A stretch of 64,000 bases of DNA from Ophelia neglecta. Taxonomy: Eukaryota. Under the pieces are notes generated by a model. The model was not told the origin of the DNA and searched no databases. It was given only the letters and a program-made list of their open reading frames with translations. The stretch lies in assembly GCA_965285935.1 (NCBI GenBank), contig OZ260664.1, positions 23,932,001 through 23,996,000 on the forward strand, given 5' to 3'. Of this stretch, positions 40,415 through 53,230 are shown one piece after another. Positions within the stretch are counted from its first letter, which is position 1. Each line of letters starts with the position of its first letter. A program made the translations under genes and the position numbers.

Positions 40415-40532
40415 TAGCTGTGACATACTAAACTATTATGACAGGTTTCTTTACAAATGTTGACTAAAGGAAAAGTGACAAATTAGCTGTGATATAATAA
40501 ACTATTATGACAGGTTCCTTTACAAGTGTTGA
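40415..40532. repeat. Tandem duplication of ~55 bp
   Basis: aattagctgtga.ata.taaactattatgacaggtt.ctttacaa.tgttgac twice. Confidence 0.8.
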
Positions 40533-40859
40533 CACCTGTCAAATCAAATTTATATGCTACATTATTACTTTCATTTTAACACGGCAAGTAATAAACAACA
40601 TGGGAGGTTGGTGCCAGTTAATCATTCAGTCGTCTTAGCTATGACCCAATTCGAAATGTGATATTCAACACCTCAGAACAAAGCCTACTGGTGATCAAAG
40701 GGCTGTCATTTTTGATTAATGAATGAGTTCTCCTCTTGGGAAAAGTGCTCAATACTAAGCCATTTGTAGATACCCTTGCAAGGTTAAATATATATGGCCA
40801 GGGGGTCAAAGGGCTGTCAATATTTTTTTAATGAGTCCTTCTTGAGGGAAAACGACAAT

Positions 40860-41282
40860 AAAACGGGGGCACTTAAAAAATGGGGGGGGGGGCATCAAAT
40901 GTTTTGGCCCACCCACTTTTTAATGATGACCCTCTTACTTTTTCCCCTCTCAAAATGGTCACAGTGTAATGCAGCAGTGGTTAGGAGCGTCTGTCCTCAG
41001 TTGGCTAGACCATCATCAAACAGTTACCTGTAGGCAGGTTATTTACAAACCAATACACACCCGATAATTGAATTTATTCAATGTTTTTTTGGCACGTAAA
41101 GATCAATGTACAGTGGCATGCCCCCCCCCCACTTTTTTAAGTCAGGGGGGCATGCCCCCGCCCCCCCTTCCCCGACTTAAAAAAGTGGGGGGCCATCATA
41201 TGTTTTGCCCCCCCCCCCCCACTTTTTATGCTGCTGATGTAAAGTTGGCCCCCTCACTTTGATTTTCCTTCCTACGCCTCTG
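40860..41282. mobile_element. hAT-like MITE fragments with poly-C/G internal repeats
   Basis: Repeated acttaaaaaagtgggggg..catca.atgttttg.ccc motif; terminal cctacgcctctg resembles hAT-MITE ends; left end and TSD not found. Confidence 0.4.
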
Positions 41283-41544
41283 GACTCACTACTGAACCTT
41301 AGACAAAGCTGCCATCCGGGGATTTATTTGGAGAGATAGAAAAATGCAGAGAAATTGTTATTGATATTAAAATGTAGGAAAACTGTTTGCAGTGATTCAA
41401 ATTAAAGTGTACGGAAATTTAATTGTACCGGTTGGGATATGATTAGAAATTTAATGTAGGAATTCAAAACTAAATGTGTGAATAAAATTATCTCAATTGT
41501 GAGGGAATAAGGACATTACCGTTACTATTTATATATAATTATTG

Positions 41545-42585
41545 TAGGGCTACGTTTGGGCACTGCTCAATTCACATTCCTAATGAGTGCCTGTGCGACG
41601 GGGACCTGGTACAAGCAGTATACCCAACATTAGAGGGTGATGTTTCCAAACAAATAATACTAACCCCCAAAAATGACACCATCTTGGCCATCAACAGAGA
41701 AATCCTCAAACAACTTCCAGGGAGCAAAAAAAAACCTGAGCATTGACTGTATTGTGTCCCACAACCCTGACGAGAACAATTTCCCAGTTGAATTCCTCAA
41801 CAGTCTCACTCCGTCAGGAATGCCAGAGCACAAAGTGATCCTGAAGAAGGGTGCATTGATAATGCTCCTTCGTAGCCTTGACATTAAAAATGGCTTTTGT
41901 AATGGGACCCGCCAGATTGTTCGTCACCTTCATGCCGACACAATTGGCACAGTGGTTGTGGCGAACACACAGGCAGGGAAGAGGATTCTCATTCCCCGCA
42001 TTAAACTCGCCCCATCAGATGTGAATTTGACTATCGTCCTAGAACGCATCCAATTCCCTGCTCGGATAGCCTATTTAATGACGATCAACAAGGCGCAAGG
42101 GTAAACATTCAAAGAAATAGGCATTTACTTTCCTGACCCTGTTTTCACACATGGACAACTATACATAGCCTTCTCACAGACAAAATCATTTCAACGCATT
42201 AAAGTAAAAATCGTGAACACCACAAAGCAGGGTTATGCATCAGACACCATGACAACAGTCACCAAAACTGTTGTGTATCCTGAAATTCTTCAATGAACTG
42301 CTCGAGAGGTGTTCGCTGGATGACTGGAATAAAACTTAAGACTACCTTTGCTATGTATGTTTCATTCAAATCTGTTTGCACTTTTATTGTTTTGTCTCTC
42401 CCAACATTGGCAATATATAGGCACTATCATTTATGATGGATTTTTTTTATACCAACTTACTTTTCTATTTTTTTGTCTCAACCCAGCATTATAATAGTAA
42501 CAAATAAAAACTGCCCTCTTCGAATAGACCACCATTCAATCCACTGCTGCCCTTTTCACCGTGGTTGCCCACGGGTCACTGCTAG
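41545..42585 (+). mobile_element. Helitron 3' fragment: decayed PIF1-family helicase C-terminus plus canonical 3' end
   Basis: ILTPKN...[frameshift]...FLNSLTPSGMPEHKVILKKG...MLLRSL...CNGTR...IPRI...RIQFP...MTINKAQG*TF...VFTHGQLYIAFS...VVYPEILQ* (stop 42294-96); hairpin CCGTGG-ttgc-CCACGG 42559-42574; CTAG 42582-85, then T. Confidence 0.93.
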
Positions 42586-42612
42586 TAAATTATTATTATT
42601 ATTATTATTATT

Positions 42613-43801
42613 TAACACTGCAGTTCACTTGAATCTGAGAAACTGCTTACATTGCTACTTATATCTTCTTCATTCACAGAATCACTGACTTTGTTTACTA
42701 TTTCTCTCTTGTACTTCTTTCAGTCTTTTATCATACATATTTTCTTTCTTTCTCTCTCTGACAGGCATATACATTTATAATTCCCAAGTCTGCCACATCG
42801 GAAATATTTTGATCAGTCTGCTTAGCAATCTTCAACTTTATCATGTTCCTTGCCACATTTTGAACACTCATATTTAGTCTTTCGCGAATTTTACCCATAC
42901 ATACCAGCCTTCTTCCCGACCATCTTCACTTTTGTAAAACTTACTGATTCGGTTTGATCATTTGGTGCTAATTTACTCATTTGTTGACGTGGCATCTCCC
43001 TGTTTTTTTTAAATTCGTTGACGGCTTGTGCCAATGTCAGCTCATTTTTACCGACCTTCCTGGCTCTGGCTCCACTGTCTACAATATACCAAAAACTAAC
43101 CAATCCCTGTTCAGCTCATCTGCTAGGTCTGTATACTCACATGACGATGTCAGCTTTCTATACCGCCCAACGTACTCATCTAGTTTCATTCTGTTCTTGG
43201 GCACTCGTGTTGAAAATATATCACTCATATATAATTTATATTCGTCTGGAAAAACTTTTCTAAAAAGTGTCAGGATTTTCCCTACATCTTGGCGTTCTTC
43301 TGCTTTCAACGGCAAGTGTTCCTAGATTTTGTATCAATTCCTTCCCAATACGGACAAAGTGTTGCTACACACACTTTGTCGGCCATCTTGTCGAGCTCGG
43401 CAGCGATTTCATAATTCATCCATTGACACTTAGAAATTGCCTATTAGACGCGACATCTCCCGCACAGCTCAACGACGCGCACATTGAAAAATCTGCCATA
43501 TACCCCTAGGTCCTTAATCACAACTCAAATGGCTGAAAAGCCCACTATTTTGCTGGGGTAACGAAGGGCATCATTCGATAGCCATATGAATAAACTGCCC
43601 GAAATATCAACTATCAATATCCAGAAAACAAATATTTGAGAGAAAATACATGATTTTATACCATAGTTTTACTACTACTACTGGACGTCCCATTCACTTA
43701 TAATGGGGCTTCCGGTTAATCGAGGAACCAGCACTTTTCTATGTGACGCGGGTACTGGGAACCCTCCTAAAGCCATTGTTATCACCAGGCTTCTGACACC
43801 A
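42613..43801 (-). mobile_element. Ty3/Gypsy (Mag-like) LTR retrotransposon 5' remnant: PBS and decayed gag
   Basis: Minus strand: LTR end ...ATAACA, then PBS TGGTGTCAGAAG (43801-43790). gag from ATG 43776: MALGGFPVPA...GDVASN...QWMNYEIAAELDK...VATL...DEYVGRYRKLTSSCEYTDLADELNRDWLVFGI...LTLAQAV, then zinc knuckles CSKCGKEH..C / RCGRLGNY..C, with stops and frameshifts. Confidence 0.9.
43480..43745. mobile_element. 266-bp non-autonomous Transib/RAG-like element, CACA...TGTG ends, 5-bp TSD ACGCG
   Basis: Left CACATTGAAAA, right (reverse complement) CACATAGAAAA; ACGCG at 43475-79 and 43746-50; removing it plus one TSD restores the gag reading frame. Confidence 0.8.
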
Positions 43802-44034
43802 TGTTATGAATATCAATTTTATTCTACTAATCTGGACGACAATTGTCTGAACACGTAGCTAACTTTATTACCGATAGCTCAAAAAGCGTGTACACTTCTA
43901 CTGCTGCGTTTGCTATCACATAGCACGTTCTAATAACCGAACCAGTCCGCGTCCGCTGGACAAGTCAGTTCACGCTGGCCAAACCCTAGTATCCGTTAAA
44001 AGAAGAGGGTATACGAACATTTCACAAACGTACA
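43802..44034 (-). mobile_element. Putative 5' LTR of the Gypsy remnant (outer boundary uncertain)
   Basis: Abuts the PBS with TG at 43802 (CA on the minus strand); minus-strand AATAAA near 43818 and 43864. Confidence 0.5.
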
Positions 44035-44749
44035 TGACCCTTGGCTGACAGCACTGATTTGGCTAAGGCCGAAATTCTGGGTTTCTCCTGCGATCAAATT
44101 AATTGTACAAGGACTGGTATATATAGATCTATATGATGGTAAATTCACATTTAGTAATAGCTAGCACGCCCTCCCCTTGAAGGTGTATGCCTTGGTCTTT
44201 TCGAACTCTGTTACAATGTTCAGAATAAATAATTCAGTGCAAATTTCATTTTTAAACGTCTCAAATACGATTTGTAACTATGCGGTTCCATTTGAACGTT
44301 TATATTTTCGATAAAAGCACACACTGAATAATTTAGGGCCATTTTTACTTCTCGACTCGTGTAGCTAAAATGACAAATAGGCTAAGACCGATTTTTTTTT
44401 GATGGTTGACCATCCTATAAACTGGATAAAATGAAGAACTGAGCAAAACGACAGCTGTTTCTAAATAAGCGGTTGTTAATTTTAACAGCATTTTATGAAG
44501 AACAGCATTTTATGAAGAACAGCATAACAAACAGAACGCTTGGAATATAAAAACGCAAATTGGAATCAGAATATAATATTTGTAGAGCTACATTTGATCA
44601 AGTCTCTGAAATGTCACGGCGGCACTGTCGATGTAAAACTTCCAAGTATGAAAACTCTTGTATCAGTTATGAACAACTTTCAACATGTATCCACGTAGGC
44701 CAATAGCAGCGAATAGCGACAAAAACTATAATACATAGGCTATGGATGG

Positions 44750-47700
44750 TTAGACAAGGGTGTTACATCCGGCGGCATCATTTGGAATATTTGGGTAAGA
44801 AAACACATTTCCGACATTTTGAACACTTCCGTTGATATTCCAACCGCCGTCCATAGGGCAGACCACCTGCTGACCGCCGCCATCACTGCGTCCTCGTCGT
44901 CTGCTTTTCTCAGGGGCATTATCGTCGATGTAGGGGTATGTTGGTAAGGGTCCCGGCGTGGTTGATCTGCTTGTATCAGATGGAAAAAGAGGCTCAGGGT
45001 TCGGAGAGAAGCTGGAAAAGCCATTGTTTTCTTGGAAAGAGCGGGCGGAAGTAGGGCTCGGCAATTCGAATTGTTCCTGGCTCATGTTCATCCCACTGCG
45101 ATTGAGTTTTCCTATCTCCGGTTTGCGGAAAACCATATAAGCCTCTCCCCGGTTGGCCTGAGCGAAGGTTTGGGACATATCCATGTTGACGGGCGCTGAT
45201 GACGGCATTTCGTAATGTGGCTGGCGTAAAAGAAAGTGTACTGCTTATTTCTTATTCCGTGCTTATAATAATTAAAAAATAGATGGCCAATGATGTTATT
45301 ACAAATGTTAAGGCTTTCAAAACTTTATATATATTTAGTACAAAGCTATACCTGATTTGCTCGATCTATGGTGTCCCACATGTCGGCAGAAACCTGCGGA
45401 GGCTGCGGACCTTGAATTTGAAAATAAAGTCATTCTTAAAGTAAAATGCCTCATTTCAGTCAGAAGAACTATTGTTAAAAACGGCATGTGTTTCCCACGA
45501 ACCGATACAGTAGTAAATTCATATAAGCAGGTAGGGAAATAAAATACTTATTTAGCATTATGCAGTGTTTTTAATTAGTGCATACTCTACGAGTTGTCAA
45601 AATTAAAATGAACCACAAAGAACTTAAATAAAAAAGATGAGATTGTAAAGTCCACCTACCATCAGCTTGGGTCTTTGCCTGTTGCTTGGCTCTGTATTTG
45701 GGCAGGCAAATCAAAAAGATAATTAGCAAGATTATGATCACCAAAATGATTATCACGCCGAACGCAATCCCAATTATCGCTCCAACACTGAGGGAAGACC
45801 CTGAAAGATAGATAGTGACATCAACATCATGATTTTTAAAAAGACAAGCAAAATTATTCGATTAAACGAGGAAGAAAATGTACTTGAATCATTCATTCAA
45901 ATGTATTCGACACCCGGTAAGCTTGTTGCCGATGCACTTGACGTAGTCCTGTGATATAAGGTTTGGCGGCAAACCAAAACACGTGGTCATGGAGTCGTCT
46001 GTCATTGGTCATTTATTACATAACCCATACTAATGCGTTTCTCTCTCAATTTTAAACCTGCATTAATATATGTATGATACAAATAATCAGAAGAAAATGT
46101 ATGTGGGCCTCTTGTCGCAATTCACTTACCCCCAGACGCAATATAAAACGACGGAGATGTCCAGGTGTTCGAGTACGCAATCACATTGGTGGCATAGGTC
46201 GGCTGATTTATGGACCCAGGCGAGGGCTGGTCGAAGTGGGTTTTCATTGAGACAGGCTTCGAATTGATGAGAGTCGATGCCGTCAATAACAGCTGGCTGC
46301 TGACGTAATCAGCTGTCGTCTGGTTATTAATGGTGTAGGTGACGCCACTAGGAAGAGCCCATGACATGATTGGCGCCCAGCTGCCAGTGTATCCAACATG
46401 ACAGTTAATCGTTATGGTTTCCTGAGGCGCGTATATCACACTTCCTCCGACAATATCACATGTCGGGGTTGAACCTATAAAAAGGCAGTATAATACTCAA
46501 TTATTAGTATAAGTAATACATATTTTAATGATGAAATATTAAAAGCAAAGATTCGTCTATTTTTTGTCACAGTAGTTAGTAAATTGACATAATGTAGTGC
46601 CATGCTTTGCATAGGTGTAATCACGATTTTACTTTTCAAACTGACTTCTTTGCATTTCTACTTTTGTGAATATAAACTACGGCTGTCCTTTATGTTGGTG
46701 AACATTTCAGTAACTTCAAAGCCGTGACAAAAGAAAGTGTTCTAACAAAAAATTATTATTAATCATCATATCAAATTCATACAATGTATAACGTATTATC
46801 GAAGGCTAACTGTGTGCTACATAACTTGCTCCGAGTAAGGTTATACTGTTGGTATAGTTGACTTCTCAAGGGCTAAAAATTATGCCACAAACTCTGTAAC
46901 AGACATGTCATTTATTTACTCAATTATACAGTAAAGTCGCCTGGTATAGAGTTCCCATCAAGCGCCTAGTGTCCTTTCTGAAACCCACTTATGATACTAC
47001 CAAGTATGTCTAGTAATCAAGAACTGATGTTAACAGCTTGCACTGATGGTCTTCTGAAGTCCGTACAGGCGGCCATCTTGGATTTGGACTCGCCGACCCG
47101 AAAAATTTGATTCAATCAATTTCTATATAACTTTTGACATATAATAGATATTTTCATGATTAAAGTGTCTATTTATACGTAAATTTCTTGTCTTGATTGG
47201 TAATAATGGAATGTCCATCAAAATATCATATTTTGGCAGTCTCATCAGGTAAAGATGATAAATAAATGCAACCAAAATTCACTTGCTCCCTGACCAAAAA
47301 TGCCGGAAATCAAATAAAGTAAACAAGAGGATACCCGCCACATCAATTAGAATCGAGAATCCAAAATTGTCGATTGAATTGGACCAATCACAAGGAAATA
47401 CTAACCAGCATGCAACTTTGGTTCGCTAATCAAATAGTTACGCATATACAGTGAAACCTGTGAATTAAGACCACCAAAGGAAACGGAAAATACTGGTCTG
47501 ATTTCAGAGGTGGTCTGTTTAGACAGGTTATTAAACATTGAAAGTATACATCACGGTCCTCATGTAAGTGGTCTGAATTTACAGGTGGTCTGATTATAGA
47601 GATGGTCTTTAAAGCAGGTTTCACTGTATTCACTTATTTTAATGCTAACATGCATTTTGATGCTGATAAGCATTTGGCGTGAAATGGGTCGCCGTGCTTA

Positions 47701-49077
47701 TTTTTTCATTATTTTAATAGAGAAGCAATCGGCGTCATGTCGGTCCTCTATATATAGACAGCATAATAATAGATAGATGTTGGTTTTTATAATATAATAC
47801 CAATAGAAAACACGGGGAACGTTTTCAAAACACTGTCTTATTTTGATATTGCACAAAGTTGCCTAGCTATAAATAAAATACAGAAATAAGATGAATTGAA
47901 GGCAAAAAAATATAAAGAGAGTTTGCACTTAGACGTTCGTAACTTAAAAGTACGAGATTAGCAGAAATGAGGTTCATTCGAAATAAAACAAACAGGTACT
48001 CCAAAATGGCGACAGACTTTACCCTATGAAGGCACTTAGCGGATCCAAGCTAATTCAAGTAGGTTTAGATTGGTCGAAATACATTTAATGTATAGATCGA
48101 AATCGGTCCACAATATTAAAAGCCAGTAAAACTTATACTGTTCTGCACAGGCGTTTATATATAATTATGTATATGTATATATATGTATATATTTTATGTA
48201 TATATGGTGCACACATACAGTGATACAATGCAGGATATGGGGTCAGGGGGACACACGGGTGTAATTTGTAGCGTTAATTTTTCACATACTGAGGCAGTTC
48301 TTAAAATAACACCCTGCATAAAGTTTGTATAATGAATTTCTTTTCATAGCGAAAAGCTAAAGATATATTACTGGTAACAATATATTACTACTAACGGGCA
48401 ATTTATATTCTTATCTATAAACATTTATATATTGGAACAATCAATCTTATCTTTATTCTAAACCTGTGACTTTATTCAAACCAGGAAATCTGCAAGGCCA
48501 TCTAAGAAATTAATTTATCACTGTACTTTCTTTGGCCCCTAAATTTGTAGTGTATCATATTATATTTTTCACTTACTTAGAACTACCACTTGGGAGTAGG
48601 CCACGTTTTGATTGTCAGAGCACTGATATGATCCCACCAACTGGCTGCAATTAGACGCTTTACATTTGAGATCATAATCTCCCGATTGGCCCGTTTCTAT
48701 TGTAAAAAAGTCGGTGTAGTTGGGATAAACATATGCCCCATTCGAGATCTCATTCCCGTCCGACGTTTTCCACAGCACCGTGATATCTGACCCACAGTCT
48801 ATTAAAAATGTATTGACTCCAGCCACATTTTTGGGTAACGTAGTCAATCCAGTTGACACTGAATTAAAGTAAACAAATTATTATTAAAATTCATTCATTA
48901 AACATAAATATAGTTCTGCGCATTGTATTCCTGCATGATTGCGACTTTATCTTTAAAGGAATGTGCTTATCTTCATTTCTTCTAAACAATTCACGATTAA
49001 TTAGGTTCTGGTTTAAATGAAAACAATAGAAATAACCTACCGGGAATGAGAAACAGCACCAGAATATACTTCTCCAT
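44750..49077 (-). CDS. Type I transmembrane protein with signal peptide, two Ig-like domains, TM helix and long cytoplasmic tail, ~444 aa, 6 exons
   Basis: Exons 49077-49041, 48858-48577, 46474-46130, 45800-45660, 45410-45352, 45220-44750 (1335 nt; phase-1 introns bound the Ig domains). Signal MEKYILVLFLIPVSTG; Ig1 C..W..YDL..GSYQC; Ig2 CHVGYTGSWAPIMSW; TM GAIIGIAFGVIIILVIIILLIIFLICL; ends NTLV*. Confidence 0.88.
47449..47626. mobile_element. 178-bp Tc1/mariner (pogo/Tigger-like) MITE, TA TSD, intronic
   Basis: TA|CAGTGAAACCTG...CAGGTTTCACTG|TA; internal ggtggtct repeats. Confidence 0.9.
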
Positions 49078-50091
49078 CTTTCAAGTATCACATATTTGTA
49101 ATAGAGATGTGATATTTCTTAATTGTAAGTATATTACCGGGGAAAATACGTGGCACAAATAAAATGGCCTTTAAGATATGAGAGCATTGATATCCGGTGA
49201 GGTAATATTGTGTAGGATCGAAGTCCTTCCTTTGCGTCTTCACGAAGTACTTAAAACCACATGAATAGGCATGTGAGGTGATTGCAAACGTCTTGTCTTG
49301 ATTGGTTCGAGCAGAGTACACTTTGAGTAGTCCACTCCTTTGTACACACTGCTTAATGATGATAGGAAACAATATGACAGCATACCACTTCACCCACGAT
49401 ACGAAGTGCAAGCAAACTTAAAAATAATCCCAAGCATTTTGATTGAGCATGCATAAGCATTTAACAAATAATATTATGTGTAAATTCCTGATATGAATAA
49501 GGACCAGGGACCATAGATGGAGGACAGACAATATAATGATATATTCTATGGGGGGGGGGGGGGGGGGGGTATACTGTATTAGGTTTGGGGATAAATTATA
49601 GACAGTCAGTGAAACAATAGGCCTAAATTCTTTTGGCAAAGAGCGCCATACCTGTAATAACTAGGCTTTTTGTAGTCCTATTTATTGTTATGTGTTTTGA
49701 CAGGCACATGGTAGATATATGTCCTGGGATACAGAAACATACTATTTTTTGTTAACAACATAACACATACATTATTATTCTAAACAAAATGCGTAGCCCC
49801 CGCCGCAAGTACCCCCCCCCCACCCCCACCCCCATCCCCAACCAACCTTCACTCGCACACACCCCCCCCCCCCCACACACACCCTCAAGCACGCATTCAC
49901 TTAACTACAATCATTGGCATTGTCTGACTTTAATATTATATCCATATTTGCAAAAGAGCAGGTCACATTAAAGGTCACATTTAAGTTCGTAATCAAATTC
50001 ATCCATTCCATAAAAAAGAAACAATTCAAAAAGATGCATCTGGTGTTATTTAAGTCCAAGTAATACATTTGGTACCAGCTGACCGTAGTAA

Positions 50092-50329
50092 GGGGCCGAC
50101 CATTTGATAATGTAGGGGAGGGGGGGGGGGGGGGATGAGATTTTTTTTTTCAAATCATTATTTTGTTTGCCTCCTCCAAAACAATCTTTTTTTCCTCATA
50201 ATTCCCCTGCAAACATTTTATTTCTCAAGTAGTGTGACAAACTTTTTTTTTGGCCAGAGCTGGCCAACAAACTTTTTTTTCTACTTTTTTCTCACCCCCC
50301 CCCCCTACATTATCAAATGGTTGGCCCCC
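50092..50329. mobile_element. PIF/Harbinger-type MITE, TAA TSD
   Basis: GGGGCCGACCATTTGATAATGTAGGGG / CCCCTACATTATCAAATGGTTGGCCCC flanked by TAA at 50089-91 and 50330-32. Confidence 0.85.
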
Positions 50330-52030
50330 TAACTGCTGTGTTTTACCACTTTTGGTAATTTGAATTGCTTCTATATTTATCAATAGTGGTAGCTATGATA
50401 TTAAATATGAGTGAATCAATGTGGTTTCTGGCCGTCAGGATTTTAAGAATTACCATATCATTAACCTTGAAATTAATTTGTCACCGTATATTTAACAATC
50501 TTCAAAAATTCTCATCAATATAACTTCTACGGAGGTAAACAATAAGTTGCCCATGAGATTTTCGGGAGCAAGGATTTAAAAAAGGCAATGACCTAGTCCG
50601 TGAGATAATTATAAGATCAGATGCGCAGTTGATTGTTATTTATGATAACATACCATGCAGCCTTGATGCTTCATATTCTTTGGTTCACGAGGTTTTCTAT
50701 TATGATGATTCCATTAATGCAATAAAAATACCTATGTTTGCCTAATCTAATCAAAATATAGGCAGGGATGTTGATTTCACATTTTAAAGGTCAAATTGGA
50801 GAAAAAGAAAATGTATGGGGTCTCAGTATTCAGCGCAGTAGCGCTGCGAAGCATGATTGGGCGCTGCTGCTAACGCTCTGGCTCCGCACTGGCAGCGGGT
50901 TGTCACGTGGGTCAGGGTAGGGTTATTTTATTGTCTGTCGCAGCGCAGCGCCAAACATCGCAGCGCAGACTGCAGGGTCACTAAAACTACCAGAATAATA
51001 GATTTAAGCTTGTACATGGGGTTTTCGCGTGCGAGGATGGCAAAAATGAATGGGAAAGTTTGATTTTAGAAATCATTTTATTGTCAATTTAGCAAATCAC
51101 CTTAACAACCTTGCCAACAATTTTCATACCCTTTCTAAACCATTAAATATTTGCCTGTAAAAAATTAAGTCCAACTAATTGGTTTTTGCCATTCTTTTCT
51201 GTTAACTTAACAAAAATTGTATGTAATCGTTAAAATTGTTGTAACATTCAAAACTTTTTTCAATTTATTCGTAAAGCTGTAATTCTAAATTTAATGCTTT
51301 TTAGTTATGCTAAGATATAGGCTGATCAAAATACCGAATAAAAACAAATTCAAATTGATTTAAGTGTAGAACTTAAACATTTTCTTCAGCCGGAACCTAA
51401 AAAAATCTTAAAATCAGAGTGAGTGTATTTGATATTATCCGAAATGCTAAATGACACAGTGGTTAAATTGTATATAGTTTAAATATGAGGGTGGAACGGT
51501 ATATAATGTGATATACGAAATGGAATGTGGAAAACTTATACTCATCTATTAGCCTTATAAAATATGGTAATGGAATTTGAGAATACGTAAACTTGGCCTT
51601 AACTCATTTCGACAACTTTATGAATATTTCAAAATGTCAAACTGGGGTTAAAACGGTTATCTCCACCTGAGGTTGTTGCATAAAGCTCTTACATATTTAG
51701 ACTTTTATATATTTAACTATTATAAGTCTCAAACGTTTACCGGCATCCTGGTTTAAGTTTACAAAATGTCAGATGCAACCCGCACTTCTTGTCCTGAATA
51801 TGTACTTTTAGCATATTCCCCAGATTGCATATCACATCCTTTTCCAAGTAATTTTGGCTCTAATCAATAACCTTACATCGATATTCCTAGTCATTAATGA
51901 TATTATTGTAAAGCAGCATATGTTGATTATTGTGTCTCTTCCGCACCTGTCACATCCGTTAATATTTATACAATGATTTTATTCAGAATTTGAAAACTTC
52001 AGGTCAATTTGTCCAGGTAACAAGTTTGTA

Positions 52031-52208
52031 CAGTGAAACCAGTGAATTAAAACCACCAAAGGGACTTGAAAATACTGGTCTGATTTCAGAGGTGGTCTGT
52101 TTAGACAGGTTATTTAACATTAAAAGTATACAGAACATGCCTCATATTAGTGGTCCGAATTGACAGGTGGTCTGATTATGGAGGTGTTTTTTAAGGCAGG
52201 TTTTACTG
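52031..52208. mobile_element. Second 178-bp copy of the pogo/Tigger-like MITE, TA TSD
   Basis: Colinear with 47449-47626; TA|CAGTGAAACC...GGTTTTTACTG|TA. Confidence 0.9.
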
Positions 52209-53230
52209 TAATTGCTGTATGATCTTGTGGAAGAGATTACGAAGTCAAATGTTTCTCTTGCGTTTGTTTTTACGCCTTATCAGCTTCAATCTGGAGTCAA
52301 AGGGCAAGTTGAGTTGAACTAGTTGACGCAACGCAATAATAAAGCATACAAGTACACACTGAAAGGTGACAAATCCTATATACAAAATCTATTGATAGAA
52401 TTGTGGGACATTCAGAAACGGCCGTTGAGGAAAGGCGTGGGTTGGTAAGGCGGAAAGTTATTTATCATTGATTCATCGAATAACTTTACAGTCAGTCATC
52501 CGTAAGTCGTCCGTGACATGTGTCAGCGGGTTGGCAGCGGATGGGCTCATCCGCAGGTTTTAGCCGTAACATCCGTAAGTCATACGTAACATACGCAACT
52601 AAGCCGTATCGTCCGCAGATATAGGTAACTTTTGCTCAAATTTCCGTTACTTGAGGTTAAAGTTACGCATTTTCATTATCCAAATATACGCAGGTATCCG
52701 AAGGTCCGTAACATGGCCGTGTGACTGTAGCACTACATTATTAACATTGCGACATGCAGCTTTACGGAAGACGGAAGAAAAGACCCAAGCACCGGCATTG
52801 CACTTGTGTTTGGAATTGTCAGGGTCAAGCAAGTACATGTAGAAATTATCTAGAAGATTCCAACTCCGCAAACCAATTTGCCATTTTCTTTCTGATTGAG
52901 ACATGGCCTGATGTTACACAAAATTAGATCCCACATTTCAACATAATCTGTTAGATACTGATATTATCCGTACTAAAACTAGAGAAAAGTAGAGAGTAGA
53001 GTTTTAATTGTGGATTTAGGAAGAACCGTTTATTTAAAATCCGAATATCTTTTTAAGCATTAGTCTTTATTTGCTGTAAAACTAAGCTTTAAATATTTAT
53101 ACTATCCAAGAATTTGTAAGTGTAAGCTATTATAAAAGATGTATAATTATTTTCTTAGTGAAAGATATGATATGATTATCAGATCAGTTGAAAGGTAAAA
53201 GTAAAGGTGTGAGAGCTTCCATTGTCTAAA

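Noticed and set aside
41673-42104. Cellular PIF1 gene
   Set aside because: Frameshift, internal stop, no introns and a Helitron 3' terminus downstream.
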